IMG/VR virus record: IMGVR_UViG_3300020181_000001
Location: 1-60,099 of that record
Strand: one strand, 5' to 3'
DNA length: 60,099 nt
Source: a virus
Lineage: Duplodnaviria; Caudoviricetes
The notes under the pieces are model-generated. The model saw only the letters and a list, made by a program, of their open reading frames with translations, was not told where the DNA came from and ran no database searches. Shown here piece after piece: positions 8,625 through 17,334 of this stretch (its first letter is position 1; every line of letters begins with the position of its first letter). A program made the position numbers and the translations under genes.

Positions 8625-8928
8625 AGTGGATGCCACGCGTTATACCGCATCCTCTATGATCGTATCCCTTATTCTAAAAGTTCTCGGGTGATCACAGCTT
8701 TGCCGGGGGCTCTAGTCCCGGTATTTAGTTTTTGTTGAGGCTTGGTATCCGGTGGCCTCAGCCGGAACAACTTCACATCCGGAGTGGTGGTTTCTGCGCC
8801 CTTCCGGTGGGGCTAACCAGGGAGTCACTTTGGGGAGCGTTCCTGGCTGGGTCTTGTTTCAACCCTTTCCCTTACTCCTCCCGGTTCTCCATTAGGTGTC
8901 CGGGGCTTTGGGGGCTTGTTCTGTTGTA
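8625..8928 (-). ncRNA. Putative structured ncRNA or leader (hairpin series) at the 5' end of the RNA operon
   Basis: Stems CCCGG/CCGGG, CCAGG/CCTGG, CCGGA/TCCGG, TGAGGC/GCCTCA, CCGGG/CCCGG and GGATGC/GCATCC joined by A-rich linkers. Confidence 0.5.
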
Positions 8929-8934
8929 AGTACT

Positions 8935-8988
8935 AAGTTACAGCCTTCACACGTGGGTGTCAACCCCTTGAGGTAACGGAACAGTCTC
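8935..8988 (-). promoter_or_regulatory. Promoter of the RNA operon
   Basis: TTGACA-17-TAACTT, with GAGAC-N6-GTTAC 9 bp upstream of the -35. Confidence 0.8.
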
Positions 8989-9862
8989 AGTAGAGAACGA
9001 CCACGTCAAAGGCCAGGTCTGAGCTGTACGCCAGGTCAGTCTTGCCTGTGCCCGCCGGGATGTCGAACAGGCCGACACGGTCGTTCATGATGCGCTTCTC
9101 ACCAGGGTTGCCACCTGTGCCACCGGAGTTGCTCCAGTTGTACAGCGCGTGCACGGTGATGGTTGACCCTGCCGGAACGACCTGTAACTGACACTTCTTG
9201 TGCGCCGGGATGGCAATAGTGCGGGTCTGTGCCTTACCCGGGCCTAGCGTTACCTTCATAGCGGACATATCGTAATCCTCTTCTCCTGTCGGAACCGTTA
9301 CCGCGTTACCAGAAAGCTCTAGAATTCGAGCGATGTTCAACCTACCCGGGTCCCAATGGGAGTCCGGCGCTGATAGGTGCTGGTGTCCCAGGTGGCCAGA
9401 GAAATTCCGAAGCGCACCGGCAGACAGCCGAATGGGGGAGCTGGGTGACGCAAGAATGATCCCCTCTCCCTCCCCATAGAAGCGGAGGAAGTTATTCGGT
9501 ACACCTACAGCATCTCGAATAGGCTTGACTACGTTATCAGCCAGCCACCTCAGCACCCACTCAGGCCACGTGTGGGACGCACCTGCAAATCCAACAATTT
9601 CAACCTGAATGATATGATCATCATCATTGTTGTCCATTGCGGAATAGGCAGCCAGATCAAGTGAAATGTGCTGAAGCTTTTCACCTGACCAAGGATTAGC
9701 GATTAGGTGCGGAGGATAAGACGCATACGCACCTAAAGCCCCGCTGACACTTCCACCTTCTGTGGTGTGCCAACAGAGCTTAGGCTTGTCCATGTATTGA
9801 AATGGGTAGCCGGTCCTACCTGGAAAAACATGGCGTGTATATCCCGGTAACCAGATTGCCAT
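8987..9862 (-). CDS. Endolysin, N-acetylmuramoyl-L-alanine amidase with C-terminal putative cell-wall-binding domain
   Basis: WHTTEG, PHL, IQVEIVG and GHQH...HWDPG Zn-amidase motifs; probable start MAIWLPG at 9862. Confidence 0.85.
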   Translation of the reverse strand: MAIWLPGYTRHVFPGRTGYPFQYMDKPKLCWHTTEGGSVSGALGAYASYPPHLIANPWSGEKLQHISLDLAAYSAMDNNDDDHIIQVEIVGFAGASHTWPEWVLRWLADNVVKPIRDAVGVPNNFLRFYGEGEGIILASPSSPIRLSAGALRNFSGHLGHQHLSAPDSHWDPGRLNIARILELSGNAVTVPTGEEDYDMSAMKVTLGPGKAQTRTIAIPAHKKCQLQVVPAGSTITVHALYNWSNSGGTGGNPGEKRIMNDRVGLFDIPAGTGKTDLAYSSDLAFDVVVLY

Positions 9863-9864
9863 TC

Positions 9865-10257
9865 TCACCACCGTTCCATTGTGCCCCCGTTTTCTGTGGT
9901 ATATACGGCTGTCCGGATGCCAGCGTTGGTCAACGCGGTCCAGCACGAATCACACGGGCGACTCAACCGGAGTGTACCACGTCCAGCCACACGGGCTACA
10001 TACACGACTGCTTTTCGCAAGTCAACCCACTCAGACTGTCTGATCACAGAGCGGAGAGCGACCATCTCAGCGTGCCGGGAGCAGTGATCGTACTCGTGTA
10101 TGAACTTCGGGTGATTACGGAACTTATTGGTTCCCAATGCAAGTACTGAGTTCCTGACTACGATCACTGCTCCATGGCGCTGACGACAAACAGAGTCAAG
10201 AGCGAGCTTAGCGGCCAGATCCAGCCAACTTTGATGCCTTCTGCTTAAGGTCATCAA
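9865..10257 (-). CDS. Zn-dependent cytidine/dCMP deaminase-fold protein
   Basis: HGAVIV, HAE and PCxxC (PCDSC) motifs. Confidence 0.85.
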   Translation of the reverse strand: MMTLSRRHQSWLDLAAKLALDSVCRQRHGAVIVVRNSVLALGTNKFRNHPKFIHEYDHCSRHAEMVALRSVIRQSEWVDLRKAVVYVARVAGRGTLRLSRPCDSCWTALTNAGIRTAVYTTENGGTMERW

Positions 10258-10486
10258 TCGTCTCCTCTAGCTGCTTTCGTGCTTTCAGCTGATTGATCAG
10301 CTTCATCGTCTGCTTGATGTGCTTGGAGAAGGCAACCAGCACCTGCCTGCCGTCTGTCTCCTCCCTCTGCTTGTGCTCCAAGAGGAACGCGGAGTGAGAC
10401 AGGAACTCACAGAGACCCTTTGCTTGAGGCCCTGAGATGTACCGGTCAGCTACCTCACGGAAAGCCTTGTCCTGTTTAGTGGTCAC
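10208..10486 (-). CDS. Hypothetical protein
   Basis: GTGA overlap with the upstream gene, AGGAG RBS. Confidence 0.6.
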   Translation of the reverse strand: MTTKQDKAFREVADRYISGPQAKGLCEFLSHSAFLLEHKQREETDGRQVLVAFSKHIKQTMKLINQLKARKQLEETIDDLKQKASKLAGSGR

Positions 10487-10938
10487 TTTTCAACTCCTGT
10501 CGGCAGTTCTAGAACGTGCTTATACAAATCGACTGAGAGCCATTTCTCGAACGTCTGATAAATGGTATCTCGCAACTCGGGTAGCGTCTCGGCAACGAAC
10601 ATGATATTACGAATCTCTTGAGCGAAAGCCCACACACCCAACTGAGTGCGGTCTCCAATCTGTGTCTTGTTACCGACCCGCTGAAGGTGACTCTTGACCG
10701 TACACTCAGAGATGAACAGCTCTTTACCGATTTCTTTGTTGGTCATCCCCAGAGCGACAAGCCGGAGAATCTGCCTCTCGCGAGGTGTCAACGGCTTACC
10801 GTAGGGTGCCGTCTCCTTCATCCGCTGATTGAAGGTCTTGATTCGGCGATTGACCATAGTAGCTACCTTTGTTGGTTTTTGAATTGATCGATCAGGGCCA
10901 GAGTGAGAGTCAACATAGCAAGGGGGCCAACGATCCAT
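10483..10938 (-). CDS. LuxR/GerE-family HTH transcription regulator (no receiver domain)
   Basis: LTPRERQILRLVALGMTNKEIGKELFISECTVKSHLQRV; real start may be the internal MVNRR. Confidence 0.9.
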   Translation of the reverse strand: MDRWPPCYVDSHSGPDRSIQKPTKVATMVNRRIKTFNQRMKETAPYGKPLTPRERQILRLVALGMTNKEIGKELFISECTVKSHLQRVGNKTQIGDRTQLGVWAFAQEIRNIMFVAETLPELRDTIYQTFEKWLSVDLYKHVLELPTGVEK

Positions 10939-11017
10939 TGAGGGCCGGTAAGGCTCTCTGTGCCATCATCTACCATAAAGAATACCATGGCACAGAAGAG
11001 CCCTACCAACAACATCG

Positions 11018-11383
11018 TCAGCCTGCCTTACGAGTGGTGTGGTTCCGACCGGACTTCGCAGCGCCCTTGACGTTCAGCTTGGGCGCGTGCGGGACGAGGT
11101 GCTTCACCGCGAGGTTGACCGGGCGTTTGGTGGCCTTCTCCGTCGACACCAGAAAGTAGTCTGCGACACTGAGGCCCAGAGCCTTTGCCTTCCGCAGCTC
11201 CACAACCTTCATTCCCCGGTTCTCACGGTCGGGTGACTGCACCACCTTCACGAGCCGAACCATTGCATCCTTGTCAGCGCGAGACCGCACGTGGGCGGTG
11301 TAGTTGTCGAACGCGCCGGAGAGGGAGGACGGACCAGTGACGGTCTGGTACTTGCGGTTGATGAAGAGCTGAACGGCGTACAT
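11018..11383 (-). CDS. Hypothetical basic protein
   Basis: GGGAGATC RBS before MYAVQL at 11383; own promoter. Confidence 0.65.
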   Translation of the reverse strand: MYAVQLFINRKYQTVTGPSSLSGAFDNYTAHVRSRADKDAMVRLVKVVQSPDRENRGMKVVELRKAKALGLSVADYFLVSTEKATKRPVNLAVKHLVPHAPKLNVKGAAKSGRNHTTRKAG

Positions 11384-11421
11384 GATGATCTCCCGTGTTT
11401 TAGAAGCTTTTGTATGAACTG

Positions 11422-11472
11422 ACACTAACATGGGGTCCGCTTCACAGCCAGCCCGTGTTATCGAGTTGTTAC
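11422..11472 (-). promoter_or_regulatory. Promoter with GTnAC-type box
   Basis: GTAAC-AACTCG-ATAAC, 6 bp, TGGCTG-17-TAGTGT. Confidence 0.65.
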
Positions 11473-11630
11473 GCGCTGAACTTCTGATTGTAAAAGACTG
11501 CTCCCGCTTCAGCCTCTTCCTGGGTGCATCCACGAACCCAGTAAAGCTCGCGCTGAGCGTCATAAACCGACCAGTCACCGTGCACGTGGTGGGGCTTGGC
11601 CGAAAATCGCTCTTCCGTGGTAGTTTCCAT
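11469..11630 (-). CDS. Small hypothetical protein (53 aa, not in ORF track)
   Basis: GAGGAGATCGAA-ATG; METTTEERFSAKPHHVHGDWSVYD...FSA; own promoter. Confidence 0.7.
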   Translation of the reverse strand: METTTEERFSAKPHHVHGDWSVYDAQRELYWVRGCTQEEAEAGAVFYNQKFSA

Positions 11631-11660
11631 TTCGATCTCCTCTGTCGTGGTGATGTGAGA

Positions 11661-11711
11661 ACCCTAACCCACACCACCACGACATCACAAGGTCTGTTAC
11701 CTAACCGTGAC
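11661..11711 (-). promoter_or_regulatory. Promoter with GTnAC box
   Basis: GTCAC-GGTTAG-GTAAC, 5 bp, TTGTGA-18-TAGGGT. Confidence 0.75.
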
Positions 11712-11715
11712 TAAC

Positions 11716-12468
11716 TCAGGGGCACGACTGGAGCAGAGCCCCGTCCACCTTGGCGAAATATAGGGCGTGACCTGCATTGTTACCGTGGATGTCATCCGGC
11801 AGGTACGCACGGCTGTAGGTGTCCGGGCCGGTCTGGGGGAACGCCGGAACCATGTCTACCCAGCACGCTCCCTTGGCCTGAGCAGCCTCGAACATCTTGG
11901 CCGTGTAGTCAGCCTGCGTGTAGGTGCCCTGGTTGAAAACGTGATACCAGAGCTTAGGCGGATTCACGATCATGAACTGAGTGTTGGGTGATGTCGTCCG
12001 AATCTCAGTCATGAGTGCATCAAGGTCGGTCTTGAGCTGTGTGGGTGTCTTCCCGTTTAGCTGCTCGTTGGCACGCCAGTCCATCAGCACGAGGTCCGGC
12101 TGAAGGGCCTTTACCTGCTGAGTAACCGAGTACTGGTTACCGCCTGGAAGGAACTGACTGGCCATTGTAGACCCAACGGCATGCAAAGTTACCGACCAGT
12201 TGCGAGCTGCTCCGGCTGACTGAAGCAGACGCGGAAACGACCGTGATACCGGAGTGTTGGTGTCGGCACCCGCTCGGTACTCGGTAAAGATCGAGTCACC
12301 CATAATCGCGATCTTCTTTGCCGTGCCCGCCGGAATAGGCCCACACGTGCCAGCCTGCATTGACGATGACATGTTTTTGTGCTCATTGATCTCACGTGCA
12401 CCTGCAAATCCTCCAGCAATAAGAGAAAAAGCAGCCACGCCGATTACAATATCCCGCTTAACACTCAT
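11716..12468 (-). CDS. Exported SGNH/GDSL hydrolase (esterase/deacetylase family)
   Basis: N-terminal hydrophobic signal or anchor; GDSI, AVGS, RANE and DDIHGN blocks. Confidence 0.9.
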   Translation of the reverse strand: MSVKRDIVIGVAAFSLIAGGFAGAREINEHKNMSSSMQAGTCGPIPAGTAKKIAIMGDSIFTEYRAGADTNTPVSRSFPRLLQSAGAARNWSVTLHAVGSTMASQFLPGGNQYSVTQQVKALQPDLVLMDWRANEQLNGKTPTQLKTDLDALMTEIRTTSPNTQFMIVNPPKLWYHVFNQGTYTQADYTAKMFEAAQAKGACWVDMVPAFPQTGPDTYSRAYLPDDIHGNNAGHALYFAKVDGALLQSCP

Positions 12469-13124
12469 CAGAACAACCTAGCTCCCTCGAACGCCTTAGC
12501 GTCTACCCCGTAGTTGATCCATGTTGCACCCATGTTCTTAGCACACGCATCTGCCGTGCGCTCCAAACCTCCGTACGGAGCCAATGCCGTCACAGCGGCT
12601 TTATAACCCCCGAACACACGTCCCTGACGAACGTGGCACGATTCGTGAAGCATGACTGAAGCCAGCGCGTAAAGAGGAGTGCGCCTGGCGATCCACACGT
12701 TACCCGTGTCCGGAGCGGCGGCACCCCATGAGCCCTTGTCACCGATGTGCCAGTTACCCGGCAGCGTCGCGGAGAGACGGTTGTACGTCTCCATCCACGG
12801 ATCTCCCACAGGCTTCGGAGGGGCCGGAACAGGCTGAGTCTTCACTGGCGCTGGCTTTGCAGGCTGAGGAGTAACCTGTGTGGTCGTACGTGTGGCCTCG
12901 GCTTGGCGCTTCTGCTGGGCTGCCTGCTGTTCGGCATGCGCGCGCTCTTGATCCTTTTGTGTCTTGATCTGCACAGCCCAGCGTGCGTGATGATCAACAG
13001 CTTCACGGTGGTTGAGGTCGCGCGGGTCTGCTGCGTCCACCTTACCGGACCACTCGATCTTGGCGGATGTTCCACACGCTACCGCGCTGGCTAGGATGAC
13101 AGTTGCGATGATGATGTTTTTCAT
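12468..13124 (-). CDS. Lipoprotein with Pro-rich linker and HExxH zincin-like domain
   Basis: Lipobox ...SAVA-C; MLHESCH...LERTAD; ATG 7 nt after the -10 (probably leaderless). Confidence 0.75.
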   Translation of the reverse strand: MKNIIIATVILASAVACGTSAKIEWSGKVDAADPRDLNHREAVDHHARWAVQIKTQKDQERAHAEQQAAQQKRQAEATRTTTQVTPQPAKPAPVKTQPVPAPPKPVGDPWMETYNRLSATLPGNWHIGDKGSWGAAAPDTGNVWIARRTPLYALASVMLHESCHVRQGRVFGGYKAAVTALAPYGGLERTADACAKNMGATWINYGVDAKAFEGARLF

Positions 13125-13131
13125 GCTGCCT

Positions 13132-13180
13132 ATCTTACAGCTTGGTCCCCCAGACGCAAGCTACGTTACCGAGTTGTTAC
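13132..13180 (-). promoter_or_regulatory. Promoter with GTnAC box
   Basis: GTAAC-AACTCG-GTAAC, 5 bp, TTGCGT-16-TAAGAT. Confidence 0.75.
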
Positions 13181-13235
13181 TGAACAAACCAAAAACACCG
13201 ATCTCCGCAGTCCTCATCACAGTCACCACATGCTT

Positions 13236-14453
13236 CTACAGAATCTGTAGATCCTGCATCTTCGTTTCTGGTGTCATTACGAAGCTCAGCATCCCCGGTT
13301 GGCTGCTCATCCCGTTCATATCCGTTAGCCATTCTGATCCCCCGTCCATAGCAGGTGTTTGAATCCAGAGAGTTGCACCCCAGTCCCGCGATGCGTAGTG
13401 ATGGAAATGATGGGTAACGAGGACATCGGCATCCCCAATCGGCTGTCGGCCAGCAGCTTGTCCGGCAAACCATTTAAGAGCTTTTTGCTCAATCGAGCCC
13501 CCCGCGCCTCTTCCATAAGAATGGCCATGCGTCGTTCCGAGAACCCATCCTGAGACTTCAAGAGTTTTACTCATTTCATCCTGGGAGATCACAAAGTTTA
13601 CGTGGTTAAGCTTTGGATCACGCGAAGCAGCAAGAGCCATGTATTCGAATACAGCGCAGTCATCGTTATCACCACGAGTTGTGCGATTACCCTTGATTCG
13701 GTTCTCACCATGGTTACCGGGTACTGCTAAGACTGTGACTTTCTCAAAGAGCGGAGCCAAGCGATCGAGCCCTTCAAGTCCGAGTGAAACGCAGTTACGA
13801 AGCTGGGTTCTACGGTCCGAGTCAATTTCGAAGCTTTGGTTAGGAAAAATAGAGCAGCCTTCAATAAGGTCTCCACCACCCACAATAACAAGATGCCCAA
13901 GGGATCGGCCAATTCGCTTAAGCTCTTTTGCACGATTCTTCGCATTGTCAAAGCTCCGATCGAGTCGTTCCGCAAGTGCGGGTGTTCCACCTGTGCTGAG
14001 CTTGCCTACCTGCCAGTCATTCCAACTCAGTACAAATGAGTCTTCTCCCACCATTGATGTTGTCGAGTGTCGATTATTGGTAGATGGCTTTCTGCTTCCC
14101 CTAGCTTTCCGCAAAGACGCCAGAAGGGTGCATGCGTCGATTGGAGATGATACATTCCTATCTGTAATGGTAAATCGGCAGTAGATGAAAGGGTCGTCTT
14201 TAGGTCCCCAATAGCGTACTTGCGCGAGTTCCACACGGCGGTCCAACGGTAAATCCAAACCGGTAACTCGGGTGATCTCCTCTCGCCATTTTGCTTCATT
14301 CTCAGGGATGCGTGCGACCGTAACGGTAACCTCGCTGGGTTCCCCGGCTTCATACTTGACACCAGGCTCAAACCCTTTCGGATGCTGAGTGCGCTGACGT
14401 CTAGCGTCTGCGACATGTTTCTGTGCTTCATTAAGTTTGTCGCTTAGTGCCAT
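13236..14453 (-). CDS. Calcineurin-like metallophosphoesterase (Mre11-like)
   Basis: DWQ, GDLIEG, PGNHG, HGH and HHFHH motifs. Confidence 0.9.
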   Translation of the reverse strand: MALSDKLNEAQKHVADARRQRTQHPKGFEPGVKYEAGEPSEVTVTVARIPENEAKWREEITRVTGLDLPLDRRVELAQVRYWGPKDDPFIYCRFTITDRNVSSPIDACTLLASLRKARGSRKPSTNNRHSTTSMVGEDSFVLSWNDWQVGKLSTGGTPALAERLDRSFDNAKNRAKELKRIGRSLGHLVIVGGGDLIEGCSIFPNQSFEIDSDRRTQLRNCVSLGLEGLDRLAPLFEKVTVLAVPGNHGENRIKGNRTTRGDNDDCAVFEYMALAASRDPKLNHVNFVISQDEMSKTLEVSGWVLGTTHGHSYGRGAGGSIEQKALKWFAGQAAGRQPIGDADVLVTHHFHHYASRDWGATLWIQTPAMDGGSEWLTDMNGMSSQPGMLSFVMTPETKMQDLQIL

Positions 14454-14497
14454 TATTAGGCCTTATCTGTGCTTTAGAATGATCAGCCTTTCTCGCG

Positions 14498-14526
14498 AGT
14501 GTACGCGTCGATCGTTTAGGTGTCAA
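14498..14526 (-). promoter_or_regulatory. Consensus promoter
   Basis: TTGACA-17-TACACT. Confidence 0.75.
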
Positions 14527-15138
14527 CTATTCGATTGTCCCATGAATCCGACAAGGCCTACCCTGATGCTTATCAATGCCAGGACACAATAGCCAAGCTT
14601 CTACTTGTTTTTCATTTTCTTCAATTGTGTTACGTCGGTCTGCTCGTAACGGGATATTTTGACCAACAAAACTTTCTCTGGGAGCAGGCTTCCACCGTGG
14701 GCCTTCTAGCTTCTCTGGCTTATCACCTTTGTAAAGAGGTAATGTCCACCATGCGCCTTCATCATCTTGGAAATAACCGTCTTCTGCCGGAGTCAATTCG
14801 TAGGCTGCGACATTGAACCACACGGCTGCTGCGTGGTCTTCATCTCGCTTACCTAGAATCAGCGCACGAGCGTGACGAAAAAGGGACCGCGAAAAGCGTA
14901 GCTTTGCAACAAGGCCTGTAGCACGCCTCCAGTTATCCATACCATATTTCTCAGCGCCTTTGAGCATGTGACTGCCCATCCGCTCAAGCATTTCAATAGG
15001 GATAAGGTGAAGACCAGGAATAGCCATAATTCGTGCATAGTCAGGCTTACCGTCTTCTGTGTCACGGATAAAGCCATTGTCGTACTCCTCACGCTTGCCG
15101 GAATCTTTGACTTCAAAGCCCTCACTCATACTGCCCAC
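14527..15138 (-). CDS. dATP/dGTP diphosphohydrolase-domain protein (DUF5664-like)
   Basis: DSGKREE...RD...GKP...LIP...GAEKYG.DNW...RH...EDHAAAVWFN pattern. Confidence 0.8.
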   Translation of the reverse strand: MGSMSEGFEVKDSGKREEYDNGFIRDTEDGKPDYARIMAIPGLHLIPIEMLERMGSHMLKGAEKYGMDNWRRATGLVAKLRFSRSLFRHARALILGKRDEDHAAAVWFNVAAYELTPAEDGYFQDDEGAWWTLPLYKGDKPEKLEGPRWKPAPRESFVGQNIPLRADRRNTIEENEKQVEAWLLCPGIDKHQGRPCRIHGTIE

Positions 15139-15446
15139 TCCTTAGCAGACTCCAGCCACATGTCTACATGCCACAGAGGAAGCTTGACCCTGGCAGCAAT
15201 CTCAGCTTCCAGCACAGCACCTCGTGAAGCTGTCCAACCGTCAAGTAGTGCGATGCCGTCACAATCAACCAGATCCTTGATGTCGCGCTTGAGACAGGAT
15301 TCCCATGTTTCCCCGTCGACAACCGGATACTGCGCTGGATTCGATACCTCATAACCAGCCTCTTTGAGAGCCTTCTCTGCGGCAAAAAATGCTGGAAAAT
15401 TGTGATCTTCATAGCCCGTCATTGGACCACTGATATAGAGTCTCAT
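15126..15446 (-). CDS. Nucleoside 2-deoxyribosyltransferase-like protein (DUF4406-like)
   Basis: YISGPMTG...NFPAF...NPA...CDGIALLDGW..SRGA.LE. Confidence 0.85.
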   Translation of the reverse strand: MRLYISGPMTGYEDHNFPAFFAAEKALKEAGYEVSNPAQYPVVDGETWESCLKRDIKDLVDCDGIALLDGWTASRGAVLEAEIAARVKLPLWHVDMWLESAKEWAV

Positions 15447-15582
15447 TTATCTTCCTTTTTGATCTTCTCAGGTCGTGTGGTTGGCATATCAGGTGTGGGC
15501 TCTAGTTTAGCTTCCCACTTACATCCTGGACGTAGACACCGGCCAGTCTTGCTCACTCGATTGTGTGAGCACTTACCCCAGG

Positions 15583-15810
15583 TCATGACTTAGCAGGTAC
15601 AGCACTAGTTAGGTAGCAGCCTGTCCATTCTCCGCGTGCGAAATTGGCAATATGCTGGATCTTACCTGCCTCATCTTTTGTGTACAGATAAAGCTCACCT
15701 GTATGCGAATTAGTGCCGTAACCCTCCGCTTCTAATTGAATGTAGGGGTGGCTATACTCTTCAAGAATTACTGTGTACTTAGCCATTATGCATCTCCAAT
15801 TTGATACCAC
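15583..15810 (-). CDS. Hypothetical protein
   Basis: Tiled ORF; start probably MAKYTV. Confidence 0.55.
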   Translation of the reverse strand: MVSNWRCIMAKYTVILEEYSHPYIQLEAEGYGTNSHTGELYLYTKDEAGKIQHIANFARGEWTGCYLTSAVPAKS

Positions 15811-16187
15811 GTGCCCGGCTTTTGATCGATAGTTTCATACCACTTGCAATTACAGTGTTGACACTCTCGTTCAATTACTCGTGTGCGCACCCTCCTATAC
15901 TCGGTCTCTGTTTTTAACTGATCATTCAAATGACTGCGGTCTTCTGTTATCATCTTTTCGATGATGTCAAGCATGTAGTGAATACCGAATAGACCACACT
16001 CAGGACAATCAGAACCAACTTCTACGGTATCACGAGTAGGCGCTGAGATTTGAACCCAGTTCGCTGCAAGCGCAGGAAAACGAGTATGCAACTCATGTCG
16101 AGGAATCCACTTACGCTGATGATTATGAGCAGTCGGAACCTGGATAACTCGACCAGGCCCTAGAATCCATTCCTCCGGCCCCTTCAT
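15786..16187 (-). CDS. Hypothetical Zn-ribbon protein
   Basis: CPECG...CQHC; ATGA overlap. Confidence 0.6.
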   Translation of the reverse strand: MKGPEEWILGPGRVIQVPTAHNHQRKWIPRHELHTRFPALAANWVQISAPTRDTVEVGSDCPECGLFGIHYMLDIIEKMITEDRSHLNDQLKTETEYRRVRTRVIERECQHCNCKWYETIDQKPGTWYQIGDA

Positions 16188-16573
16188 AGCTCATACATCC
16201 CTTGGGCATAACGCCTACGAAACCAGTCAGCATAAGAGCAATCACCAGTATGCAAAGTCCGGTATCCACACACAGCGCACTTCGGATCTGCCCAATTAAC
16301 GAAACGGTACATTGCAATTACACATGAGATGGATTCCAGACCCAGCCCAACCCAAGTACCGGCAACGGTTAAAGGCTGCAAGACGAAAAGGATCAGGAGT
16401 GCGAAACTGAATGTAACTAACATCCACTTGATCCACGGCCAGCGCGACCCTCGCCGGACACCTGTAGCAGAATAGGCACCAAACGGGTTAAACGTCGCGG
16501 AAGGCTTGATCTCATAGGTTTTTACTCTCAAACCCACTAGTTGTAGCACTTTCAACCACAGAGTTCGGAACAT
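16184..16573 (-). CDS. Membrane protein with C-terminal CxxC..H..C
   Basis: Two hydrophobic segments. Confidence 0.6.
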   Translation of the reverse strand: MFRTLWLKVLQLVGLRVKTYEIKPSATFNPFGAYSATGVRRGSRWPWIKWMLVTFSFALLILFVLQPLTVAGTWVGLGLESISCVIAMYRFVNWADPKCAVCGYRTLHTGDCSYADWFRRRYAQGMYEL

Positions 16574-16838
16574 AGTAGATGCTCCTCCATGTCAGATGAT
16601 GATCTTCGGTTAATGATGGTCCCCACCCGAAGCAGATGTGACCTAAGAACCATGTTAGCACCACTGTCAAGGTGGCCGCCCACACAGGCCTATCAGGTCT
16701 TCGTGGGTGCTGCCCTGTGCAGTAGCGGGTGAACTCGCTCAGGCTCATGTGACGGCCCTTGGAGAGCAACGCATAGACCTCAATCGCAGCACCTATGCTG
16801 AGCCAGACTTTCCACGTTGAATGCCCTCTTCGTCCCAT
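16512..16838 (-). CDS. Membrane protein
   Basis: Hydrophobic segments; E.YAL...LSE...W..H pattern. Confidence 0.6.
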   Translation of the reverse strand: MGRRGHSTWKVWLSIGAAIEVYALLSKGRHMSLSEFTRYCTGQHPRRPDRPVWAATLTVVLTWFLGHICFGWGPSLTEDHHLTWRSIYYVPNSVVESATTSGFESKNL

Positions 16839-16839
16839 A

Positions 16840-17139
16840 TCACGACTGCCATTCTCTTTTCTTCGGAATGCTCCCGGTAATATTGAGGGTAAACGGGCCT
16901 AGGTGAATGAATACCATTCGAGGGTACTCAAGAAGTTGATTGTCTTCATACCATGTGTCTAAACCTTTCCCCTTAATTGAAGTCCAGACATTAGCACCAG
17001 GCTCATAAGCAATACCGAATACCCATGAATACCAAGCAACACTCCACCGAAAACGCTTACGATAATAGTTACTCAATGCCTCATCGGCCATTTCGCTTAT
17101 ACCTCTTCCAACGGAGAATAGCCAACCAGTCACATACAC
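16840..17139 (-). CDS. Hypothetical protein
   Basis: Tiled ORF; start uncertain. Confidence 0.45.
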   Translation of the reverse strand: MYVTGWLFSVGRGISEMADEALSNYYRKRFRWSVAWYSWVFGIAYEPGANVWTSIKGKGLDTWYEDNQLLEYPRMVFIHLGPFTLNITGSIPKKREWQS

Positions 17140-17334
17140 TTTGCAAGTGAAGCTTGCATAATAAACAACTCATCGTGTCTCCCACTTTCCACATCCTCGG
17201 CATTGCCTGATCTGACTCATACCAAAGTGAATCATGCGCCAACCGTCTAACCGGCCGTAGTCACCCTGCCAGTGTGCCACATGCTCGCACCAAAAGCCAT
17301 ACCTGATTCTGAAGATCAGTTGGCGCATGATCGT

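Noticed and set aside
8625-8928. CRISPR-like or TIGR-like array
   Set aside because: The hairpins share no constant repeat sequence or period; kept only as structured RNA.
11018-11680. Single 220-aa ORF
   Set aside because: The upstream part overlaps two promoters and a separate 53-aa gene in another frame; the real start is 11383.
14527-15138. 2-aminoadenine (Z) genome pathway
   Set aside because: A DUF5664-like gene is present, but no PurZ/adenylosuccinate synthetase homologue is visible.
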